NCBI RefSeq assembly: GCF_018350175.1
Contig: NC_058375.1
Span: 36,642,001-36,706,000 of the forward strand
Source: Felis catus
Taxonomy: Eukaryota
Reading direction: 5' to 3'
Length of the DNA: 64,000 bases
The translations under genes were made by a program, and so were the position numbers. Shown here piece after piece: positions 23,951 to 36,137 of the stretch (position 1 is the first letter of the stretch; every line of letters begins with the position of its first letter). The notes under the pieces were generated by a model. That model was not told the DNA's origin. It made no database searches and worked only from the letters and a program-made list of their open reading frames with translations.

Positions 23951-26487
23951 TATCCCGGTAGCCTGAACCTCTGTGACTACTGTGTGCTCATAGAGCAGAC
24001 AGTCCTGACCTCAGGTCCTAGCCTTGGCTTAGACTATAGGCCATCAGACTTCCACTCCACCCACATGGCCAGTCTTTGCAGGGCAATTCATTCATGTCTT
24101 TCTGTGAGGCTGCTCATGCTGTCTCTCAGCCACAAAGTCTTTTACCCCTTTTTATCAGCTAAAATATTGCTCCCTCTTTAAGCCCAGCTCTAAAACCACC
24201 TAAAGATCTTCACTGAAGCCTAAGGGTCAGTGCCCCTGCCTCTCTAGGCCCCCAGTGTACAAAGTCTGGACTTCTCTTTTAGCCCTGACACTTCTCTTGG
24301 TGTATCTACCAAGCCTGTTTTCTCTGTTAGACTGCAAGTTTTCAAGAAAAAGAGTCAGGACCGATTCAACTGTGTCCTCAGTGCCGATGGGAGTGTCTGG
24401 GACTTGGTGGGGACAGCACTGGCTGCTGTGTGATCTTTGGCAAGTTCTCTCCCTTTCTGAACTTCAAACTCCTCCCTCACCCTTACAGTGAAGGATTTGG
24501 ATGAAACAGTCCCCAGGGTTGCCTCCAGCTCTGACCCTGTGAGCCAGTGACTTCCTGGATCCCCAAGCCTCATATAATGACCAATATTGGGAAGGGCAGG
24601 GGTCAGGGTTTCATTTAAAATTCTTCCACTTCCACTTGAGTCAGTTAACAGAGGCAACTGTAGGAGCCCCTGGGTGACTCAGGGAGTTAAGCATCAGCCC
24701 TTGGTTCAGTTCGTGATCTCATAGTTCATGAGTTTGAGGCCTGCATCGAGTGAACAAGAGCTACACTTCTCTCTCTCTCCCTCTCTCTCCGTCCCTCGCT
24801 CACTTGTGCCCTCTCTCTCTTAAAAAAACAAAACAAAACAAAACAAAAACAAAAAAACAGAGGCAACTGTGCAAGGTTGATGAAGCTTAGGAATCCAAAA
24901 GTTTCTAGGAACTTCAAGGAGGTGAGTCTAGTGACAACACACCATGATGCTAACCCAGCTGGAAAGTCCCCTGCCCCCAAGGTTCCAGGGGCCTGACAAC
25001 CAGTGCCAGCAGGGGTGGGGGTGTGTAGTGGGGGTGGGGGTGTGGGGTTGGTTAGGCCATCCCAGAAAGTGAAGAACCCCCCATTCACAGCCCCTCTCCA
25101 ACCGATACACACTATCTCCAGGAACAGTGGCAGCAGTCCCTTAACCCCCTGAAGACCAGCCCAGGACCACCCTACTTTCCACTCCAACCCCCTACACACC
25201 CACCCCACCCCAGCTCTCTCCAATCTGAGTTGAGAACACCCAGAGTCCCCAAGAGGAGACTCAGTTTAGCTCTCTCACAGCACAGGCTGTCAGCCCCTAT
25301 TGCACACTTCCTTAAAAGGAACTCCTTAAATTCGGGGTCAGCCACATGGATTACCTTCACGTTACCCCTTGAAGCCACATGGATTAATGCTAATCTGAAA
25401 ACACAGCCCTCAAGTTAGGACAGACCTAGCTGAGTTTCCAGTCCTCCCTAGCTGAATGACCTTAGGCATGTTATTTATCTTCTTCGAGCCTCAGTTCCTT
25501 CATCTATAAAATGGCAGCAATGATTTATATACACAGTGGTTGTGAGCATCCTATAAGATTTATAAAACACCTGTCATAGGAACTGACACATGTAGGATGG
25601 CAAATGTAAGTATTATTTATATTCCCTATTCCCTCCATTTTCCCTGAAGCTGCCTGACCCTTTCTCTGGAAGCTGGGAATGCAGACGTCTAAAATGGAAC
25701 TGATCTGGACAAAACCAGGACTATGAAATAATAAAACCTGTGCGTAGGACCCAATTATAGACTTCAAAAGAAAGCAAAGGATGTTTGAGGGACACAATTT
25801 GCCAAAGGTCATATAGCAGATGGAGGTAGGTAGAATGGCAGGCAAGCAGGGAGAGGGAGGCAAATGGGGATGTGGGCCGAGGTCGGGGCTGAGGTCGGGG
25901 CTGAGGTATTGAGCTGAATCCAAGGACTGACAGCCGAACAAGAGGGTCTCCAACTGACATTGCCCTGTTTCCCATGCCCAGAAGGGCTTGGCATTTGCCT
26001 CTCTCTGGAACTGCTCCTTCTGGGTTCCTGAGTTTGCAGTAGTTTCCCAGAAATGCTAGGTAAATATCCCTGTTGTTTACTGAGTTCCCATACTGACAAG
26101 AGTCCCCATACCAAGTGCTGCCTCAACTTTGGCTCCTTCTTCAGAGATACTTCTCCCAGCACCACCCCAGGCAGATGCCCTCCACAAGGTCCCTTACCAA
26201 GGCCTTGCTAGGGGCTCTGCACCCCACCCCACCCCACAGCATGATCTTGTTCACAGCTCAGCATCTTCTTTGGAGAGTCTGCTGTTCCCAGCAGCCCCAA
26301 GAAATTGTGGTATATGAAATATTTTCTACTTAGTACTTTTCTTCCCAAAAAAGTCAGACGTGGCTTGCCATTCCATTACTAACCTTTGAACATGTCTTGG
26401 GGCTGGTGTTATTCCCACTCTTGGAGAAATCGGGGGCATTGTGGCTGGTGTGCTTGCAACTTGATAAGTTTTTCTCTAGGCTAGGTT

Positions 26488-26550
26488 TTCTTCTTCTTCT
26501 TCTTCTTCTTCTTCTTCTTCTTCTTCTTCTTCTTCTTTTTCTTCTTCTAG
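26488..26550. repeat. (TTC)n microsatellite
   Basis: Direct observation. Confidence 0.95.
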
Positions 26551-29148
26551 TTCCCCTCTCTCTCTCCCTCTCCTGCCACCCCACCCCCCTCATCCTCAGG
26601 AACCAAGATATGTCCTCTTGGAAGTTGTCTGTCCTCTGTCTGGTTTATTACAGGCTTCTTAACTTATCCTAAGCTCATATGTCCTGAGCTCTCCGCCTCC
26701 TTCTTAGTGTTCATGTGTGAACTCCTTTGCCCATCCCCAATGGGGGAACCTCTAGTTTATTTATTTATTTTTTAAGTTCATTTATTTTGAGAGAGAGAGA
26801 GAGAGAGAGAATGGGCAGAGAGAGGGAGAGAGAGCGAATCCCAAGCAGGCTCTGCACATCAGCACAGAGCCCCATGTGGGACTCAAACCCACAAACTGAG
26901 AGATCATGACCTGAGCTGAAATCAAGAGTCAGAGGCTTAATGGACTGAGCCACTCAGGTACCCGGGAATCCTCTAGTTTAGACATTCACCTGAAGGTAAG
27001 GATTTCACTAATTGATTTCTCAAGACTTCTAATTCAAGGATACTCTAACCTTGTGATCTGGGAGTCAGTGATGCCAGAATTCTATATTCCTGATTCTGTA
27101 ACTCAGATTTCACCATGCTAGAATTCTGTGATGCTAAGATTCCATGACTCTGGATTCTATGCATTTAGAATTTTATGTTTTTTTGTGTTTCACGAATTTG
27201 TCATTGACTTAGTGACAATAACCAGGATTCACTTGTCCTGGGTTTCTGTGTTTGTTTTCCGCAGGATGGAAGTCTCAGTTCTGGGCTCCCTTCTCTGAAT
27301 TCACTGAAGGCAGGGAAGGAGATGATTAGATAGGTAAAGGTAACATTCCCACTTCCCCTGGGGCTTCAGGGCAGCCCAGCATTCAGTCCACCTCCCTCCC
27401 CCCAAGTCATTTGGGCTGCAAGTATTTGAGTGTAGCAGGAAAAGCAGGCTCCTTTGCAGCCCTTCCACCCAGCTTCCTTTCCTCCCTGGCCTGCCCCGCC
27501 CCAGGATCCGGGAAAGAAAGTTAACTGGGAGGCTGGCCCGGTCAAATGGGCAGAGGGGGAGGGAGGGCTGAGTACAGGGCAGGGCAGGTAGCCAATGAAG
27601 TAAGTATGGGAGATTCCCTAGGGAGCCCTGTAGCTTTCTCCGAAGGTGAGGAAGGAACAGAGGACGGAAGTGGGGGGTGTGGGTGAGGGTACTGGTCAGG
27701 GTGGGGTGACCGGTATTGCATTGTAAGGCTGGAGCTAGGCTTCCTGCCATTGACCCATTGGTGACAAGGGACCTCCAGCCTGGCGCCCTGGGAGTGGTCT
27801 GGTCTGGTCCCTAACCATTGACTTTGTGTTTCCGTGCCTGACTCAGACTCCCAGGAAAACCCAGAGGGCAGAAATTGGGGATGGGGAACCTGATCCTCCA
27901 GGGGTCCTTCCTGGGAGGGCCACCTGAGGCCAAGAAAGGGGACAGGACTTTCCAAGGATCACACTAGGGTTTGGGACAGAGCAAGGACTGGAATTCTGAG
28001 CTCCAGCTTGCAGCCCAGAGCTGTTCTCCCAACACTCCAAAAGGTCCCAGTTTTACAAAATGCTCCCACAACAGGATAGCTTGGCCGGACTCTGGGATGG
28101 AGGACGGGCCCGCCCCCAGGCAGCCTCCCCAGAGCTGTCTGGACCCCTCCTCCAGCCCCCAGGCGCTTGGCTGAAGCTGCCAAACCCGATTTTCCGGTGG
28201 CTGCCCAGAAGCTGGCTGGAGCGGGAAGCCTTCTCTGGGCCGGGACCCCTCAGGCCACTGTCCTCTTCCTCCTGCCCTTCTGCCCCCACCACTTGCTCTT
28301 ACTCGGAGCTGTGCCACCACCACTTCCTCCTCTGTCAGCCTGCAGTCTCCCCTGCCCAGCACCAGGAGGTGTGGTCCAGCACTGCCCCTCTCTGTTTCAG
28401 TTTTCTCATCTGCAGATGGAGGACTAAGGACTGGCCTGACTCACAGGGGTCAACTGTGAGGAGGCTCCAGAACAAAGGGGCCATGAATAACAGTGGCTCC
28501 CCACTTGGGTGGTGGGTTGGTGCAATGTTGGAAGCACAGCCTGGGGTGTGAGAAGGAAGCTCTGTTCTGGAGTGTGCTTGTTCGGGTAGAAGGTGCAAGG
28601 TAAAGGAGGGTGCCCCTCTGGTGTCCTCAGGCTATCTCATGAGACAGAAAGAGACAGAGAACATCCATCATCCCGGACTGAGTCCCCTTGTTACTAATGT
28701 TCAGAGTTCTTGCCACAGTTTGGTGCGGTGCCTGTGTGGTCTGTTTAATGTCTGTCTCCCACCGAGCTGTAACACCCACCAGGAAGAACTCCTGCTGTCT
28801 TGCACACTGCTCTGTCTCCAGACTTGGCACCCTCCCTGGCACATGGCAAGCACTACTGCCTGAGACAGAGTTTCAGACTGAAAAGCAGAAGCAGAGGCAC
28901 CCTAGGGGCTGGAGACCAGCCGGGTGTGCTCACCTAACCAGGCTCCTGCTCCAGGCTGCCACATGGCCCAGGCCTCTTCCTCTGGGGTTCTCAACCTCCA
29001 GGGAGCCCTGCTGGGGTGAGAATGAGTGAGCTGTACCCAGTCATCCAAGGGTCACCTAGACTGGAGTGGTGGGTGCCCTCTGGCTGCAGCTGCCTCTGGG
29101 AGCCTGGAGGGGGAGGGGCCGCGGAGAAGCCCGTCATTGCAGAGGGAG

Positions 29149-29366
29149 CTAAAAATAGCCAGAAGAGATGATGTCATCAGGTTCCCACNNNNNNNNNNNN
29201 NNNNNNNNNNNNNNNNNNNNNNNNNNNNNNNNNNNNNNNNNNNNNNNNNNNNNNNNNNNNNNNNNNNNNNNNNNNNNNNNNNNNNNNNNNNNNNNNNNNN
29301 NNNNNNNNNNNNNNNNNNNNNNNNNNNTGGGTTCCTGGGCTGCAGGGGCAGGGAAGTCTGGTGAGT
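29149..29366 (+). promoter_or_regulatory. Candidate promoter/first exon: MEF2 site, CRE-like palindrome, splice donor after N gap
   Basis: CTAAAAATAG 29149-29158; ATGATGTCAT 29168-29177; CTG|GTGAGT donor at 29361. Confidence 0.4.
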
Positions 29367-30954
29367 GTGTCTGCATGTGTGCAGGTGTCTACGTGTGCCT
29401 GGGTTTGCATGAGTGTGATTGCATGTTTCTATCTATATGCTTATGTGCTTGTCCAGATGCATGCATGTCTGTGTGTTCATTTGTAGGCATGTGTATGTGC
29501 TGTTACATATGCCATGTGGGGAGGGCCATGTGCATTAGTGTCAGTGTTTATCTCTGTTTATAAGTATGTACTTGCATGCACCTGTATTTGTTGCTTTGTG
29601 TGTCTGTGAGTCTACTTATATTTACATGTCTGCATATGTTCATGGACTGTGGCATGTGTCTTTATATGTGTGGGCCCCTCTGTGGACCTTGGGCGCTAGC
29701 CCAGACACCTTCCTGCCTCCCCCTTCCCTCCACCCCAGCCAGCACTGCCTGGGCATGATGTGTCAGTGGATTCTCTGCCGCTTCCTCCTCTCAGGGTCCC
29801 GGTCTCTGGCAAGCCTTAGAGTGGAAGGACACAGACACAGTTCATTTTTTCCTCACAGGCTTCTTAAACCCCAGGAGGCCAGGCCAAAGCTCTCAGACTT
29901 CACTCTCACCCCCACCCCTCAGGGAAGGGAGCCCTGGACACACACCCAGGCATAAAGTGACACCTCAGAGACCGAGTCCCTCACAACGTTTCCCACCACT
30001 GAGACACAATTCCATGGAGATACACCCCACAGAAATGCAGTTACACCTGATGACACATGGGCACACACTCAGAAATCCAAATGGAAAATCCCCAGGCCAG
30101 AGTGCTTAACACCCTCCCCCTTTCTGGACTCAAACTCAGTCTTGCCCCACCCCTAACCACCGCAGCTCAGCTGACAGTCCTGGAAAACACTGGCCTCGGG
30201 GAACAGCTAGGGGGCTGAAGGTGACCAGTCCTCCTCAGAAGCAACCCTCTCCTCCTTCAGGCTGCCCCTCACCCTCTCTCCTGACCTTCATTCCTCTTAG
30301 CTGAAGCCTCTGTCTGGCACACCAATAGCCTTACCCTCGACACACAGCCGGCCACAAAGTCACAATCTATTGCAGAGGCACACTCAGCCACATGTCTGCT
30401 CAGACTCCCATCTCCACACACACTCAGACACACACACCAACAGCTACTTCTGCACACTGGCCATCATAGGCACAGAGCCACATAACATCTCACATTCAAG
30501 CACTCGTGGAGTTACACTCAAGTAGTGAAATCTCTTTCATCCTATCTCTTTCTGATCTGTGCCTCTACCTCCCTCCTCAAGGATCTGGCTCCCTATAACT
30601 TCCAAGATGTCTATGGAGACCCTTTTCCCTGTGCAGTGCAGGAAGGATCCCTACCTCCCAGGGCAGATCAAAAGCTGAGGCCAAAGATGGAGAAATGGTG
30701 TGTGTTGCCGACCTTGTCCTGTCCTTCCATTGCCTAACTGTGATCCCTGCTGTTGTCACTAAAGCCCGTCCCTGGGAGCATTCAGCCCCAACCCTGCCCT
30801 CATACCCTGCTGCATATTTATCTGGAAACGCCTTGGAATGGAGTAAGGCAGTTGGAGCAGAATTGATTGTATTTGTCTGCTGTTAACCACCCAGGGCCCT
30901 TAGGAGATACAGGTCCGGAGACAGCCAAGCTTCTGGACTAGTTTCTGGACATTT

Positions 30955-30998
30955 CTAGAAGATCAGAAAGCTGCCAGGTTGACAGAGGTGTCTGAGAA
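30955..30998 (-). CDS. P3R3URF: P3R3URF coding exon 2 (VLRHLCQPGSFLIF*)
   Basis: Acceptor ttctccttag; phase 1 matches exon 1; TAG at 30957-30955; total 95 aa. Confidence 0.9.
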
Positions 30999-31287
30999 CT
31001 AAGGAGAAGAAGGAAAGGGAAGAGTGTGAGGAAGACAGAAGTTCTGGAAGCTCTATTGCTCTTAGATTCACAGTCCCCCAAGCCCTCTGCTTTTAGTCAA
31101 TATGCCCTCCATTAAGGCTCTGAGCCTTTAGGATGTCTGCTATCAAGACCCCACCATACTTTTGGGGTGGTATTTCTCACAGAGTGTGCCTCCTAGAATG
31201 CCTATGCAGGGCTAAAGTGGGGGAAAACTAATGGCTCTGTTTTGCCAACCCCCCCCCCCCCCCCCCCCGCCTCTGGGCCCTTGGCTA

Positions 31288-31593
<306 letters not shown>

Positions 31594-31626
31594 CTATGAC
31601 ATAGAGTCTGCATAAGGGCGGTGCTC

Positions 31627-31635
31627 TTTATTATA
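31627..31635 (-). promoter_or_regulatory. Candidate TATA box of P3R3URF
   Basis: TATAATAAA on the minus strand ~100 nt upstream of the ATG. Confidence 0.5.
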
Positions 31636-31911
31636 GGTCCTGGTCCCCAGCCCATCCCCATGGGTCAGACTTCCTCACAATTCTCTCCACGGGTGCAGCC
31701 CAAGGGCCAGAAAAACCTCAGCTTGGCCCCTAGGGAAAAGGAACTCTGAGTAGGGGAAAATTACTCCCTCACTTTCTCATTTATCTGCATTAACAATATT
31801 AACAATATTTATTAAGCATTTACTGTGTGTCAAACAGTACTGAGTACTTTACAAACACTATCTCTTTAATCCCACAAAGTTTAGACTCTATCATTATTCC
31901 TATTTCATATA

Positions 31912-32997
31912 CAGTCGATTCTTATTATTCATAGTAGTTAATAAAGTCATCACCACAAATAGTGCATTAGTAAATTGAGCCAGTGCATCTACAGGGTTAG
32001 ATTCCTACCAGTCTCTGGTCACAATTTTTTCGTCAACTGATCAATCAGAACATGACCTTGTTTTATGTGTTTCTGTTTTTTTTTTTTTTTTAATTTTTTT
32101 TTTAAAGGTTTATTTATTTTTGAGACAGAGAGAGACAGAGCATGAAGGGGGGAGGGGCAGAGAGAGAAGGAGACACAGAATGTGAAGCAGGCTCCAGGCT
32201 CCGAGCCATCAGCCCAGAGCCTGACGCGGGGCTCGAACTCACGGACCGCAAGATCGTGACCTGAGCTGAAGTCGGACGCTTAACCGACTGCACCACCCAG
32301 GCGCCCCTATGTGTTTCTGTTTAAAGACACCTAATTTAGGGGTGCCTGGGTGGCACAGTCAGTTAAGTGTCCCGACTCTTGAGTTCCGCTCAGGTCATGA
32401 TCTCAGTTTGTGAGTTCAAGCCCCCACATTGGGCTCTGTGCTGATGGTTCAGAGCCTGCTTGGGATTCTGTCTCTCCCTCTCTCTGCCCCACCCCAGCTT
32501 GTGCGCACTCTCTCTCTCTCTTTCTCTCAAAATAAATAAATAAACTTAAAAAAAAGGTTCCTAATTTAAAATATACTGTTGAGTCATTAACATTGAACTC
32601 ATAGCCAACACCACTATAACTTGTACCTGGATGACATATCATATGTCCTCTGTAAGGCACATCACAGGCTTCTTGTGCTTAGCAACACTAGACAACACTT
32701 CAGCATTATTTGATAAATGGCAAAATCATCAACAAAAAGCACAGAAATGCATAAAATGTGACACTAAATAGCCCACAAGAAGAACATGTGTTTATATTAT
32801 AAGAGGTGAAACAAGAAGGTAGAGTATCCTCTTGTTCAACCTCAGCTGAGAACAAGAGAATGAGGCAGCTCAAAATTTTTACAAATGTCCATGAATGACC
32901 ACCAAAGTGACACGAGTATTGGTTTGGGGTTACAGACGAATTTTAGTGAGTAGGCAAATTCACAGATATGGAAGCCATGAATAATGAGGATCGACTG
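31912..32997. mobile_element. MER82-like Tc1/mariner (Tigger) element with TIRs, inside a MIR, carrying two SINEs (32077-32307 -, 32339-32556 +)
   Basis: TIRs CAGTCGATTCTTATTATTC / GAATAATGAGGATCGACTG flanked by TA; SINE TSD tatgtgtttctgttt. Confidence 0.8.
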
Positions 32998-34925
32998 TAT
33001 AAGGAAACTGAGGCTCAGTTAGGTGAGGTCACACAATTAGAGACAGGGAGGGGTTCAAATCCATGATGGCTCTAGGGCCCAAAGCCCAGACAGTTAACTC
33101 TTGCTGTTCTGCACTCATTTATTCATTTAAACATATGTTCACTAACAACTTCATATGTGCTGGGCTCTGGGGATGTAGATGGAGGTGACATGGCCCCGAT
33201 TCTTCTTGAGTGAGAAGAGAAAGCCATGTGGATAATCAGTGCAGGTGGAGGAACAGCTAGGTCCCCAGGGGATGTAAGTTGCGTCAACCCGGGGTTTATT
33301 TCCTTTCTTATAGGTGACAGTGTTGTCAATGGTTCTGCCAGGCCTTGCACTGAGTTGTTGTGGGACTATGGACTTATCCTTTCTCCCTCCACACTCTCTT
33401 TCCCTCCTATTTCACCTCTAGTCCTCCTTCCCAGCCTCTGCCTTTTCTCTGTTCCTGCAGGAGACTGCCAGCAGATTTTAGGGTCCTCAGCACCACCCTA
33501 TACAGCCTCACACCTACCTACTCCCCCTCTAGCCTCTTCTCTTGCTATCCTCAGTCTTAGAAAATGGACCTTTCTCCCATTAACTTCTAGCCACTACACC
33601 CATAAACCCACTTTGCTCTTGGCCTTCTTCCTCAAGTCCCAGACCAAGGCCTCTTCCTCTGCTCTTTCTGGACGTCAGCTCTTCCTGCCTTCTCAGAGAT
33701 TCTATCAATATAGACAGTCTGCTTGGTGGTTAAGATACAGACTCTGGCACCAGGCTGACTAGGGTTGAATCCTGGCTCTGCCACTTATGAGCTGTGTGAT
33801 CATGGCAAGTGACCAACCATCTGTGCCTCTGTTTCCCCGTATTTAAAAAGGGGATAAAAGAGAATCTATCTCATAGAATGGTTGTGAAGAGGGGGGAAAA
33901 AACTATATATGTAATGCATTTAAAACACGATCTACACAACTATTAGTGTCATCAGCCCTCCTCTCTCCCCTGTTTCTTCACTGCTTCCTCCCATTATAAA
34001 AAAACAAAACAAAGTGTCAACTATATTCAAATTTTTAAAAAATTTTAAAAGTCCACTTCATCCAACTCATACCCCCTCTGGTGATGACTCTTCCCACTCT
34101 GCCCCCCACTCTGTGGTCATTCTCATTTGTCCCAGAGTAGTGAGAAAATCTTATTTTAAAACTCTATATAACTATTCTGTTATACAGACCAGGAAACAGA
34201 GGCTTGAAACTGAGTCTAAGAAGGGGCGCCTGGGTGGCTCAGTAGGTCAAGTGTCTACCTCTTGATTTTGGCTCAGATCATGGTCTCACAGTATTAAGCC
34301 CCATGTCTGGCTCTGCGCTGATAGCATGGAACCTACCTGTGATTCTCTCTTTGCTCCTCTCCCATGCTTTCCCTTTCCCTCTCTCTCTCTCAAAATAAAT
34401 TTTTAAAACAAAAAGAAAAATAAACGAGTCTAAGAAATGCCCCTGGGGTTGCACAGCTAAGAAGCAGTAGAACCAGCATTGGAGTACCTGGTCTGAGTGA
34501 TTCCAAGGCCAGAACTTCCCCAGCACCTCAATGTCGGGCGGCAGCATTAGAGTGGAAAGTAGGACCAGCAGGGAAAGAGGCAGGCAGGAGTTCAAATTAA
34601 ACCCTGAGGGATTTTTGTAGAACGGGATTGCTGAGCCTTCAAATTGGGGTGATGTTTTTGTGAGACCACGGTGCCACCTGCTGGCAGAAAGGAAAGGGGT
34701 GCTAAACGCAGATTGCTTAGAATACTGGATCGCGGCGGGCGGGGGGGGGGGGGGGGGAGCAAGAGAAAGGATGGGAAGGGAGCTGAGTAAGGAAGAAAGA
34801 AGGGAGGAGAAAGATGGGGAAATTGAGATTTTGCAGAGGGCAAAGGACTAAGAGTCATTTGCTGCTCAGAAGAGGGGGCAAAAGCTACTAAACCTTGGCC
34901 ATTTCCTTGAAAGTGTAGATGTGCT

Positions 34926-34956
<31 letters not shown>

Positions 34957-35492
34957 GAAACAGAGACAAAGAAACACAGAGAGACAGAGAGACTTTAAGA
35001 ATGTACCTCAGATGTTGCTTTGTTGTTTCTTAGTTGCTGGGGATCCGTCCACACATAGGTCAGAGTATGTGTGTATGCATGTGTTTGTGTGCACGCTCAC
35101 GAGAGCTAGTAGGTGTTTATGTACATATCTCTGTGTGTGTATACAAATGGCAGCTTGGGCAGAGGTATGCGTGCCTGTGAGCACACAGGGTGTATGAATG
35201 TATCAGCAGATGTGGGCTAAGAAGCATATGTGCCCGGTGGTGGTGGAGGGCACCCAGAAATTCTGTGAGCTGCTTGTTTACCCTCAGATTTCTCTTCCTT
35301 CTTCAGATCAGGAAAGGTGTTGCTGCGGTTGGTGTTGCCAGGCCGACGAGGCTCGCTGCTCCAGTGGCTGTGGGGACAGATCTCCAGGCAGCAGGGGGCA
35401 GCAGGGCAAGAGGAGGCTGAGTGACTGCTGGGTGGGGCAGACGGGAAGGCAAGCAGAGGAGGAGGCCTTGAAAAGCCCTGCCCCGCCTACAG

Positions 35493-35627
35493 GTGAGCAG
35501 TGGTGTGTGAGAGCCAGCCCCGTCTCACTGCCTGCCCACTCAAGTGGCAATTCCCTGGAGTTGCCTGTCCCCTCTGGAGCCTCAGCAGATTCTTCTTTCA
35601 GAACTCACTACCAAGAGCCCTGAACAG
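35493..35627 (+). other. TSPAN1: TSPAN1 5' UTR exon
   Basis: Ends ..ccaagagccctgaacag|GT; joins to gagccaccATG as in the remembered human mRNA; start uncertain. Confidence 0.7.
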
Positions 35628-36080
35628 GTGATGGTATAGGATAGGGATTATCCTATAAAGTGAAATCAACCTGTAAACAGGTTTGGGAAGCTGGGAGGCC
35701 AATGGGGAGGGTCCGGAAAGAGTCTAGGGCTGGGTTGGGAGAGAGGTCCAGGACATAGTGGTGCCAAGGAAGGGCATGAAGTAATCTGTAGTGTGGGGGC
35801 TAGGTTTGGGGCGCCAGCGGGGAAACCTGGGGTGTTAGTATCTCAGAATGTCAGGTGCTGGTAGAGGTCTGGGGCAGTACAAAGAGGTAGGGGTGTCAGG
35901 AGGATTTGGGAAAAGTCCTGAGGTGTCAGAGTCTAGATTCAGGGGAATTTTGGTGATTTATGGGTCCTGGATGCTGGAGTCTGCTATGTCAGGGTCCAAA
36001 TGGCAGAGCCAGTCCAGGGGCCAGTGGAGGCACGTGGCACTAATTCCTAACTCACACTTGTCTGCCTCTCAGGAGCCACC

Positions 36081-36137
36081 ATGCAGTGCTTCAGCTTCAT
36101 TAAAACCATGATGACCCTCTTCAATTTCCTCATCTTT
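36081..36137 (+). CDS. TSPAN1: Tetraspanin-1 coding exon 1 (MQCFSFIKTMMTLFNFLIF)
   Basis: Kozak GCCACCATG; donor TTT|GTAAGT. Confidence 0.95.

Noticed and set aside
26354-26672. Poly-Arg and poly-Leu ORFs
   Set aside because: Produced by the (TTC)n microsatellite.
27030-27180. Quasi-periodic GATTCT(A/G) pattern resembling a short repeat array
   Set aside because: Fits a decayed MIR3/L3-type simple-repeat tail; no constant repeat-spacer structure. No CRISPR array is present.
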